From Octopus sinensis (taxonomy: Eukaryota), in contig NC_043009.1 of the NCBI RefSeq assembly GCF_006345805.1, positions 31,806,001 through 31,870,000 of the forward strand: a stretch of 64,000 nt of DNA, read 5' to 3'. Positions 27,041 to 37,182 of the stretch are shown here, in pieces (positions within the stretch are counted from its first letter, which is position 1; each line of letters begins with the position of its first letter). The notes beneath the pieces are model-generated. The model worked only from the letters and a program-made list of their open reading frames with translations, did no database searches and had not been told where the DNA came from. Both the position numbers and the translations under genes were made by a program.

Positions 27041-27706
27041 GAAATTCTAAACATACACCAAATCATTAAAAGCTACAAACAACCTAAATCACTTAAAAAG
27101 ATTCTCACAAAGGCAAAATTGTTTTCTGAAATTACAGATGCAAAAGTAAAAAATGTGGTAGACCGAACTGTGCAACATGTCCAAACCTGCTAGAAGGATC
27201 AGAATTCCCCTTCAAAGAGGGACAGAAATTCAAGATCAAATCTAATTTTACTTGTGCCTCTGAAAACATAATTTATGTCATAAAATGCTCGGGCTGCCAC
27301 CAAAACTACGTGGGGTCCACGGGACTATCACTCAGACGTAGATGCACACGCATCGACAACAGATTGCATTCCCAGAATACAGAATGATACCCTTAGTGAG
27401 CACATTGAGAAATGCGCAAAGCAACTACTACCACAATTTTTAATCTTTCCATTTTACCAATGTGCTATCGGAACACCAACACAAATTAGACTAAACAAGG
27501 AAACATTCTTCATTGAAAAATACAAGCCCAAACTTAACCATTCCAACATTCTTATACAGAGAAACTCACTCCCAAAAAAAGGCAAAAATATTAAGCGATT
27601 ATCTCCCCTACACCGGAAGAAATCACTTATTACCTCCCCTTATCTGGAACTCTTTCTTCACACTTCTCAACGTAAACATAACGATGTAAGAAATTTGAAA
27701 AGCTGA
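27041..27706 (+). pseudogene. Penelope-type RT-thumb/linker/GIY-YIG endonuclease C-terminal fragment, three frameshifts
   Basis: Manual translation: SYKQPKSLKKIL..(fs)CGRPNCATC..FTCASENIIYVIKCSGCHQNYVGSTGLSLRRR(fs)HRQQI..(fs)LSEHI..RLNKETFFIEKYKPKLN. This gives the Cys linker, IIY-YVG, the conserved R, H..H, E and N. Confidence 0.88.
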
Positions 27707-27727
27707 ACGCGAAACCGGTCATTTTTT
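27688..27727 (+). ncRNA. Minimal hammerhead-like motif with U3-A8 core variant at the 3' end of the Penelope ORF
   Basis: AAGAAAU UUGAAAA GC UGAAC GC GAAA CCGG U C AUUUUUU. Stem I is 7 bp, the ACCGGU palindrome and GUC triplet are present, but stem II is only 2 bp. Confidence 0.5.
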
Positions 27728-27872
27728 CAAAAACTATGTCATTGTATAAAAAAAATTTATAACATTCTTCAGACATAATGACTCAAATATATATTTTTTA
27801 ACCTTTTAAAACAAGCCTTCTGTAGGTTTTTCACTTTTTACTATTTTCGATATATATATATATATATATATA

Positions 27873-28946
27873 TCATCATCATCATCATCATCGTTTAGCG
27901 TCCGTTTTCCATGCTAGCATGGGTTGGACAGTTCTACTGGGGTCTGTGAAGCCAGAAGGCTTCATCAGGCCCAGTCAAATCTGGCAGTGTTTCTACGGTT
28001 GGATGCCCTTCCTAACGCCAACCACTCCGTGAGTGTAGTGGGTGCTTTTTACGTGCCACCTGCACAGATGCCAGACAGAGCTGGCAAACGGCCACGAACA
28101 GATGATGCTTTTTATGTGCCACCAGCACGAGGGCCAGGTGAGGCTGGCAATGGACACGAACGGATGGTGCTTTTTACGTGCCATCGGCACGAGGCCAGTC
28201 GGGGCGGTGCTGGCAACAGTCGCGGAACGGAAGGTTCTCTTACATGCCACTGGCACTGGTAACACATCTGCAATTTCCATTGATCGATTTCGATTCTGAT
28301 CCTCACTTGCCTCAACAGGTCTTCACAAGTAGAGTTTCGACATGCACCGGCACTGGTAACACATCTGCAATTTCTATTGATCGATTTCGATTCTGATCCT
28401 CACTTGCCTCAACAGGTCTTCACAAGTAGAGTTTTGTGTCCCAAGAAGGGAAGGTATGCATACGTAGGCTGGCTCCATTATATGAGAAGGCCACGGGTTA
28501 TGGACTCACTTGTCCTGCCGGGTCTTCTCGCGCACAGCACACTTCCAGAGGTCTCGGTCTCTAGTCATTTCCTCAGTGAGACTAAAGTTCGAAGGTCGTG
28601 CTTCACCACCTCGTCCCAGGTTTTCCTGGTCTGCCTCTTCCGCAGGTTCCCTCAACAGCTAGGGTGTGGCACTTTTTCACACAACTATCTTCATCCATTC
28701 TCGCCACATGACCATACCAGCACAAATGTCTCTCTTGCACACCACAACTGATGCTTCTTAGGTCCAGCTTTTCTCTCAAGGTACTTACACTCTGCCGAGT
28801 ATGAGTACTGACATTACACATCCATCGGAGTATACTGGCTTCATTTCTTGCGAGCTTACGCATATCCTCAGCAGTCACGGCCCATGTTTCACTGCCATGT
28901 AGCATGGCTGTTCGTACACACGCATCATACAGTCTGCCTTTCACTC
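27873..28946 (-). mobile_element. 5'-truncated RTE-clade LINE: ORF2 C-terminus plus 3' UTR and (GAT)n tail
   Basis: ORF 28603..28944 gives LYDACVRTAMLHGSETW..LCWYGHVARM..GTCGRGRP. The 3' UTR has four ~62-67-bp tandem units and a 97-bp duplication. Confidence 0.92.
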
Positions 28947-29285
28947 TGTGCGAGAGGCCTTACACATATACATGAGTAATACATTTGAAAATTCAGTGGT
29001 GGACAGGCCAGGTTGCCAGCTTGCCTGATGGCAAGTGGGCCCCTGCACTATTAGAATCCATATATGGGGGCCCATGTTAGTATCTAAGCGGTCCATCCTC
29101 TCAAGTTTGAGAATTTTTATTCACTCCTGCAAGAATGCGTTAATTATTTCAGCCTGGCTGTGTTTGTAGAAAGTTGAAAAGAATGCTTTTTACCAAAAAA
29201 AAAATTGAATTATAGCCTTGTAGTTGTGAGTGGGCTCCACCTAGTTGCCTGGCAACCAATATTTTTAGACCCAGTCAGCCACTGT

Positions 29286-29358
<73 letters not shown>

Positions 29359-29496
29359 CGGAGATGTACTCGCATAGCAAGTGATTTGATCTGAGATCGT
29401 GTGCTGAAACGAAAACAATTGCAGCGTGGAAGGTGTTTGTAAGCCATTTAAGAAACACACAAAAGCCGTTCGATTCACTTCAACATTTAAGTTTAA

Positions 29497-29544
29497 TTGT
29501 CAAAATATTTTCGTCGCTAAAATCCGCGACCTGTTCACTGACAA
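29497..29544 (-). ncRNA. Hammerhead-like motif with G3-C8 core variant (intact stem II)
   Basis: - strand reads UUGUCA GUGAACA G GUCGC GGAUUUUA GCGAC GAA AAUAUU U UGACAA. Confidence 0.55.
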
Positions 29545-29565
29545 AAATCCGATGCAGCACGGATT

Positions 29566-29615
29566 TTTGTCAGTGAACAGGTCGCGGATTTTAGCAATGA
29601 AAATATTTTGACAAA
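29566..29615 (+). ncRNA. Mirror copy of the G3-C8 hammerhead-like motif, stem II eroded
   Basis: UUUGUCA GUGAACA G GUCGC GGAUUUUA GCAAU GAA AAUAUU U UGACAAA. Confidence 0.45.
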
Positions 29616-29696
29616 TTAAACTTAAATGTTGAAGTGAATCGAACGGCTTTTGTGTGTTTCTTAAATGGCTTACAAACACCTTCCACGCTGCAATTG

Positions 29697-29744
<48 letters not shown>

Positions 29745-29817
29745 TGGAGTAAGCACATAAATGTGAAACAAGGTAAGAGAAAGAGTACTCATATACCATA
29801 TACCAGAGGCAGAGTAA

Positions 29818-29974
29818 TATGCTTTATTCAAAAGCAGCAGAAACATCACAAAACTGTTACTCAGAGTTTCACATTCCCATTTGTAAGACAGTTTTGTTAG
29901 CGTTTTATCAAAACTGTCTGATGAAACTGAGTAACTGTTTTTGTGATGTTTCTGCTGCTTTTAAATAAAGTATT
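29818..29974. repeat. Older fold-back carrying two decayed hammerhead relics
   Basis: Arms about 29818-29896 and 29909-29974 (GCTTTATT.AAAAGCAGCAGAAACATCACAAAA / TTTTGTGATGTTTCTGCTGCTTTT.AATAAAGT). Confidence 0.8.
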
Positions 29975-29993
29975 TACATATATATACATATAT

Positions 29994-30402
29994 GTCGCAG
30001 GAGTGGCCGTGTGGTAAGTAGCTTGCTAACCAACCACATCGTTCCGGGTTCAGTCTCACTGTGTGGCATCTTGGGCAAGTGGCTTCTGCTATAGCCCCGG
30101 GCTGACCAATGCCTTGTAAGTGGATTTGGTAGACGGAAACTGAAAGAAGCCTGTCGTATATATGTATATATATATAAGTGTGTGTGTATATGTTTGTGTG
30201 TCTGTGTTTGTCCCCCTAGCATTGCTTGACAACCGATGCTGGTGTGTTTACGTCCTCGTCACTTAGCGGTTCGGTAAAAGAAACCGATAGAATAAGTACT
30301 GGGTTTACAAAGAATAAGTCCCGGGGTCGATTTGCTCAACTAAAGGCGGTGCTCCAGCATGGCCGCAGTCAAATGACTGAAACAAATAAAAGAGTAAAAG
30401 AG
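29994..30402 (+). mobile_element. Full-length SINE family B
   Basis: tRNA-like head, CORE-like CTTGGGCAAGTG motif, internal microsatellite, tail TGACTGAAACAAATAAAAGAGTAAAAGAG. Confidence 0.9.
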
Positions 30403-30440
30403 TATATATATACATACATATATATATATATACATATATA

Positions 30441-30569
<129 letters not shown>

Positions 30570-31215
30570 ATATAGCTAGCTAAGAATCCATGGGCATATT
30601 AATCAAAGTATACAAAATTACATATCCATTACAGCCAAAACCAGTTGGTAAGATCAGCCATAATGGATATATAATAGAGTACACTTTGATTAACACGTGT
30701 GTGTATGTGTCTTCTTCCTTGTTTTGACACCATGTGGTAATTGTGAAGTAATGTCACTGTGATACAAGCAGTAATTTCTATTTCCAATCTTCTGTGAAAG
30801 CAATCTGGCCATAGGTAATTGTTACCTTGCTTTAAACCAGGTGAGTGTTGCTGACAGGATAAGCATTTCAGCATGGAAAATCTGCCTCAATAAAGTACAC
30901 CTGACCCACACAAGGAATGGACACTGGATGTTACAAAGAAAATAATCATGATAGAAATATATAAGTAGATACACATATAAACACACACACACACACACAT
31001 AAGTGTGTGCATATATATATATAGACATGTATATATATATAAATATATATATATGTGTATGTGTATATATATATATATATATGCATGTGCACATATATGT
31101 GTGTGCCTATATATATGTTTGTATGTATGCATATATATATATGTGTATGTATATGTGTATGCATATATATAGGCTGTAGATATAGGTGTATTGAAGTTTG
31201 CCTGGATCTTTAAAT

Positions 31216-31294
<79 letters not shown>

Positions 31295-31802
31295 AGATAC
31301 ACAGATAATTGAACTTAGACGAATAAATAGAAAAGGAAAAACAGAAAAGAAAGAAAAAGCAAATGAGTGAGAAAGAGAAATTGAGAGAGAGAGAGAGTAA
31401 TTGAGAGAGAGAGAGAGAGACTAAGAGCAAACATAAGAAAAGTGAAGAGGCAACATGAGTCCACAGACAATGCTATTTTGTTGTATATAAAATAAATCAC
31501 TGAAATTACGTTATTATAAAACATTAATTTGAATATTTAATGTATGTTGTTTAAAGCAGGAAGTGATTTGTTTTATAAGAAAATTTATTGAACAATCTGT
31601 AGTTAGGTTTTAACCTGAGGCTTATAATGATTAAGAAATAAATTGTGATAGGGAGGTAGATTGTTTAAAATCCTCAGAGTAAAACCGTTCATAAAACTAA
31701 TCTAAACTTTAATTACAACATTAAACGAAGCTCTATTTACAATTCAAAATATAAAACTAAATCTATTCATAAATAAAACAATGAGTTTAGTGGTGTTATC
31801 TC

Positions 31803-31840
<38 letters not shown>

Positions 31841-31961
31841 CAACAATCAAGGAACGGCCATAATAGGCCATTCACCCACTAGAAATAACAGCCAAAGCTT
31901 CAACCGCAAAATAACATTAATTCCGCAAACCAGGAGAAAATTAAAAAACATTTACCCTGTA

Positions 31962-32068
31962 GTTCCTTATACGATGCACCGTTTCATCTACTGTTTAATG
32001 GTAAACTAACCTGATTAAATTAAATCAAGCCAATCTTCCATAGGCCCTTAGATTCGTCAGTAAGAAAT
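31962..32068 (-). ncRNA. Type I hammerhead ribozyme, copy 1
   Basis: - strand reads AUUUCUUA CUGACGA AUCUA [58 nt] UAGAU GAAA CG GUGCAU CG UA UAAGGAAC; cleavage predicted between 31970 and 31969. Confidence 0.85.
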
Positions 32069-32449
32069 AGCCAGATCGGAACAGATATTTTCACGAGGCA
32101 TTTCTGTCCCTGCCTCGGCAATATCTGACCTAAAATTTTCAAATCATCGCACTCGCGCCAAATTTATCGGCAGCAAATAAATATGAGCCGCCGATTCCAT
32201 TACGGAATCAACCAGAAAATTCATAATTAATCAATATAGGGTGGCAAAAAATTTTGTAGAATTTTTTTGCCACCAGCGGCCTAGTGGGAAAAAATTAAAT
32301 AGTCATAGACCATTTATAAGTTCAACATCAACAATCAAGGAACGGCCATAATAGGCCATTCACCCACTAGAAATAACAGCCAAAGCTTCAACCACAAAAT
32401 AACATTAATTCCGCAAACCAGGAGAAAATTAAAAAACATTTACCCTGTA

Positions 32450-32556
32450 ATTTCTTATACAATGCACCATTTCATCTACTGTTTAATGGTAAACTAACCT
32501 GATTAAATTAAATCAAGCCAATCTTCCATAGGCCCTTAGATTCGTCAGTAAGAAAT
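32450..32556 (-). ncRNA. Type I hammerhead ribozyme, copy 2 (stem III weakened to G-U pairs)
   Basis: AUUUCUUA CUGACGA AUCUA [58 nt] UAGAU GAAA UG GUGCAU UG UA UAAGAAAU; cleavage predicted between 32458 and 32457. Confidence 0.75.
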
Positions 32557-32805
32557 AGCCAGATCGGAACAGATATTTTCACGAGGCATTTCTGTCGCTG
32601 GTGGCAAAAAAATTCTACAAAATTTTTTGCCACCCTATATTGATTAATTATGAATTTTCTGGTTGATTCCGTAATGGAATCGGCGGCTTATATTTATTTG
32701 CTGCCGATAAATTTGGCGCGAGTGCGATGATTTGAAAATTTTAGGTCAGATATTGCCGAGGCAGGGACAGAAATGCCTCGTGAAAATATCTGTTCCGATC
32801 TGGCT

Positions 32806-32910
32806 ATTTCTTACTGACGAATCTAAGGGCCTATGGAAGATTGGCCTGATTTATTTAATCAGGTTTGTTTACCATTAACAGTAGATGAAACGGTGCATCG
32901 TATAAGAAAT
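32806..32910 (+). ncRNA. Type I hammerhead ribozyme, copy 3 (all helices intact)
   Basis: AUUUCUUA CUGACGA AUCUA [56 nt] UAGAU GAAA CG GUGCAU CG UA UAAGAAAU. Stem I is a perfect 8 bp; GUA triplet, cleavage after 32902. Confidence 0.88.
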
Positions 32911-33140
32911 TACAGGGTAAATGTTTTTTAATTTTCTCCTGGTTTGCGGAATTAATGTTATTTTGCGGTTGAAGCTTTGGCTGTTATTTCTAGTGGGTGA
33001 ATGGCCTATTATGCCGTTCCTTGATTGTTGATGTTGAACTTATAATGGTCTATGACTATTTAATTTTTTCCCACTAGGCCGCTGGTGGCAAAAAAATTCT
33101 ACAAAATTTTTTGCCACCCTATATTGATTAATTATATATA

Positions 33141-33260
<120 letters not shown>

Positions 33261-33498
33261 TGTGTGTGTTTGGGTGAGTGTGTATTTGTGTGTGAATGTG
33301 TGTTTGTGCATGTGTGTGAGTGTTTGTGTATGTGTGTGTTTGTGTGTGCTTGTGTGTGTGTGTGTGTTTACGTGTGTCTTTGTGTCTGCATGCTTGTATG
33401 TATGTGTATGTATTCCTATAATCATCACCCCCACCATCATCATCATCATCATCCTTGTTCTTTTATCAACTGTTATTTTTCTTGCCTGTATGTGTCAG

Positions 33499-33629
33499 AT
33501 TATGTTGAAGAAGGTTTTCGGCAGCCATGTGCCCGTCCTGTTGCCTACACTCATCCATTTTCAAGCAAAACTAAGAAGATTCCCCTCAGGAAGACTGGAA
33601 GATTGGAAGAACACATCACCACATCTATG
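33499..33629 (+). CDS. Candidate internal coding exon (131 bp): (D)YVEEGFRQPCARPVAYTHPFSSKTKKIPLRKTGRLEEHITTSM
   Basis: Acceptor ttttcttgcctgtatgtgtcag and donor ATG|gtaatg. Complex sequence between microsatellites. The phase-1 start fits the 5851-5940 exon, but a second frame is also open. Protein not recognised. Confidence 0.5.
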
Positions 33630-34120
33630 GTAATGGAATTTATTTCCAGTTATCAGGAATTGATTGCCAAAAGAAAGACACACAAACCCAAATGCACCCT
33701 GCATCCCCACATGCACGCACACACACACAGACACACACACACACATGCACATACACACATATACTCACACTCACAAACACACACAAACAAACTCATACAC
33801 ACGCATAAACACATGCAAACATACACACACACAAACACACATACACACACAAATACACATGCACATACACACACAAACACACTAGCACACACCTATACAC
33901 ACACATACACTCACACACACAAACACACACACACAAGCATATATTCACACACAAGCACACACTCACATACACACGACACACATACACACACAAAGACCCA
34001 CACACACAGAAACAAACACATGCACACACATACATACAGACACTCACACACACAAACACACCCATACACTCATACACACTCAAACACACACATACAAACA
34101 TACACATATATACATATGAA

Positions 34121-34250
34121 GGCGCATGGCTTAGTGGTTCGGGTAGTCGGCTGATGATCGTAAGGTCCTGAACTTGATTCCTGGTGCTACATTGCACCCT
34201 TGAGCAAGGCACTTCATTCCACATTTGCTCCAATCCACTCAGCTGTGTTC
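34121..34250 (+). mobile_element. SINE family D, 5' part
   Basis: GGCGCATGGCTTAGTGGTT..GATCGTAAGG..CTTGAGCAAGGCACTTCATT..CCACTCAGCTG. Confidence 0.7.
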
Positions 34251-35478
34251 CAAAGGGCCAGTCTTATGATACTCTGTATAATACAGAAAATAGGCAAATT
34301 GATGATTGAATGGCATTCCATTCAGGGTGGATATTATCCTTCATGCCATGCCAGAAGAATAGTACCAATCAAACCCTTCTGCTATGCAAGGAAGTGCATT
34401 GTGGCTAGCATGTATAACAATATCTGATAGTCTGTTCAATACAGTCATATATAACATGCAGAAACATGCACACACAGATAAATATATATATGTATATATA
34501 TATATATATATATAATAACAAAATAATAAATAAAACCTATGCATATATACATACATATATGTACGTATCTACACCTATATGTATATATACATGCATATAT
34601 GGGTACAAGACACCAAAAAAACGTCGAACACAATGAGAATCGAAAACATAAAACCAAACCAAGGAAACGGACATTTTTTTAAACAAGGAAAAATCAGAGT
34701 ACAAGACATACAACACAAGGAAAATTCCCCTTCTTCAGTTGCCCCTGATTCGTCTACTCCGTGTAACCTCTCAACATCCAGTATAAACTACCTGCATCAC
34801 TCTTAAATGTACCTCACACATTCATCAAGCAAAGGTGTTTTCTTTTACACTTTTCTTGTCTTGCAAGTTACTTGCAGACTTCACTAGTGGTGATGGCACC
34901 AAAAAATGCACCCACAACATACTGTAAGGTGGTTGGCATTAGGAGAGGCATCCTGCACGAAAAGCATACCAAACCTGAAATCTGAGATGCAGCTCATCAG
35001 ATCATATCTAGAGGAAGGGACTATGCTTAACCAAGGGCAGAGTAAAGACTATGGCTCAAAGTACAATTCAGTGAAATATATGCTGGAACTCAAAATTGCC
35101 AAACAGGCTTCTTAACCGCATCATCATGCATGAATCCACTTAAAATTTTAAAACACTTTCTGTCTTTAGAGATGTAAAAAATATGGTTAAATATGTTGGC
35201 ACACTTTCAATCAAATGTCTGCTTCATTAATTATGGTTGACCTGGAACTAAACAAGCATGAAAAATAAGGTTTTGCAGACATGAATATGTGTGTGTGTGT
35301 GTGTGTGCGCATGTATGTGTGTATGTGTGTGTGCATATATTTATGTGTGTATGTGCATGTATATGCATGTATGTATACATACATAAATGCATACATTTAT
35401 ATAAATATGCATACATACATGCATACATATGCATGCATATACGCATATTCATATATATTTATACATGTGTATGTGTGC

Positions 35479-35514
<36 letters not shown>

Positions 35515-35583
35515 GCATATATATATATATACATATATATATGTATGTATATATATATATATACATATACATGCATATATATA

Positions 35584-35614
<31 letters not shown>

Positions 35615-35773
35615 ATATATATATGTGTGTGTGTATATACGTATATATATGTACATATATGATATATACCCTCTCACTGCTGCCACTAGCTGGCGTATGC
35701 AGGTGCTTACACTTATCAAGTATTCACCCTAAATTTGCAGTACCATATATACATACATACGTGCATACATACA

Positions 35774-35817
<44 letters not shown>

Positions 35818-35964
35818 ATATATATACATACATACATGCATACATACACATATATATATATTAATAGTAATGGTAAGACAACAAATGAATGAATGAAAAC
35901 TTGATATTATGTAAATAGAGGAATTTATCTGTAATATAATATGTGACAGTTATTTGATCGCCAT

Positions 35965-36025
35965 AATAAAACTCAGAGTTTTGGATATTGGGGTGGAAAT
36001 CTGCTCCAGCATATCATCAGTTATT
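35965..36025 (-). ncRNA. Decayed type I hammerhead (G12>A, eroded stem II)
   Basis: - strand reads AAUAA CUGAUGA [31 nt] AAAA CUCUGAG U U UUAUU. Confidence 0.5.
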
Positions 36026-36240
36026 CAGACAAACAAGAATGCTAATGAAAATGACCGTTAAACATAGGGAAATTATTATGAAGATGACCATTATTAAGAC
36101 AAACAAAAGAGCTATTAAATAAAGGGAAATAATCTTTGATCTTCTATATAAATGAAGATATTTCCTCCATCTGGCTGCTTTTCTTTCAGCAAAATGAGAA
36201 GTTACATTGCAGAACTGTTATTTTAATGAGTTGTGTTTAT

Positions 36241-36350
36241 TTATCACCTGATGAGACACATCTACACTGCCGGATGCTCCTGAACCAGTTCTTGAGTGTC
36301 CCATCCATGAAGGATTGATGCTAGATGTGTCGAAACAATTGTTGTGATGA
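36241..36350 (+). ncRNA. Type I hammerhead ribozyme, canonical core, 10-bp stem II with 57-nt insertion
   Basis: UUAUCAC CUGAUGA GACACAUCUA [57 nt] UAGAUGUGUC GAAA CAAUUG U U GUGAUGA. ACAAUUGU palindrome; GUU triplet, cleavage after 36343. Confidence 0.88.
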
Positions 36351-36384
36351 ATGATAAATTCACCTATCTTCCATCTTTCATTTC

Positions 36385-36422
<38 letters not shown>

Positions 36423-37148
36423 TTATCATCATCATCATTGTTTAACGTCCTCTTTCTATGCTGGCATGGGTTGGACTATTTGACATGGAGTTGGCCAGCC
36501 AGAGAGCTATCCAGATTTCAACTGCCTGTTGTGGCATGGTTTCGACGGCTGGATGCTGGGTGCTCTTTACGAACCAACAATGTTGGTATCGATTTCATTA
36601 TATTGGTTTCAAATTTTGGCACAAGACCAACAATTGTGGGGAAAGTGCAAGGAAGTCAATTACATTTTATTGACCTAGAAAGGTTGAAAGGTGAAGTCAA
36701 CCCCAGCAGCATTTGAACTCAGTATGCAAAGTTGGAAGAAATGTGACTAACCATTTTTTGGTGTATGCTAATGATTCAGCATTGGGTTTTGTTGTGTCAA
36801 AAATGAAAAATAAGCTTGATGCTTTTTTTCTAAATTAAAGTCTGATTCATAAAATGTGAGCCGTTCTTATTCAATTTTTATAGTTCATCCACAGATGAAA
36901 ATGAAAGAGTGACACCCCGCCACCACCACCAGCACCACCACCACCACTGGCTGATGAGACACACAACAGCAGTAATGTTGTTAGGACTTTGTTTTTAAAA
37001 TTAGGGTCAGTCTCTCGGTTCTTCCTTTTGCCACGTAGTTGCAGTCTATAAGAACTGTCAGTGACCTTAAAACATTTTGAGGAATGAATAATTGAACTAA
37101 ATTTAAATAGATGCAATATTATACAACATATACATACATAAATACATA

Positions 37149-37182
<34 letters not shown>

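Larger units (their letters stand above)
26984..27850 (+). mobile_element. 5'-truncated Penelope-like retroelement (3' part) inserted between (TA)n tracts
   Basis: Contains the GIY-YIG pseudo-ORF and a downstream hammerhead-like motif; (TA)n on both sides. Confidence 0.85.
29347..29696. mobile_element. Penelope-like terminal fragment with a 136/137-bp fold-back, in (TA)n
   Basis: Arms 29416-29551 and 29560-29696, 8-nt loop, two CpG-type substitutions and one indel; (TA)n on both sides. Confidence 0.85.
31841..33134. mobile_element. Non-coding, hammerhead-bearing tandem/inverted repeat (non-autonomous Penelope-like or retrozyme-like element), 488-bp monomer
   Basis: Direct copies start at 31841 and 32329 (second truncated at 32596). 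An inverted 1.1-unit copy spans 32597-33134. Flanked by (TA)n; no ORF of 60 aa or more in the track; three hammerheads. Confidence 0.9.

Noticed and set aside
32597-33134. Four 1-bp deletions in the inverted copy, and the three frameshifts in the GIY-YIG ORF, as biological divergence
   Set aside because: Nearly all are single-base losses in homopolymers, typical of long-read consensus error; not interpreted.
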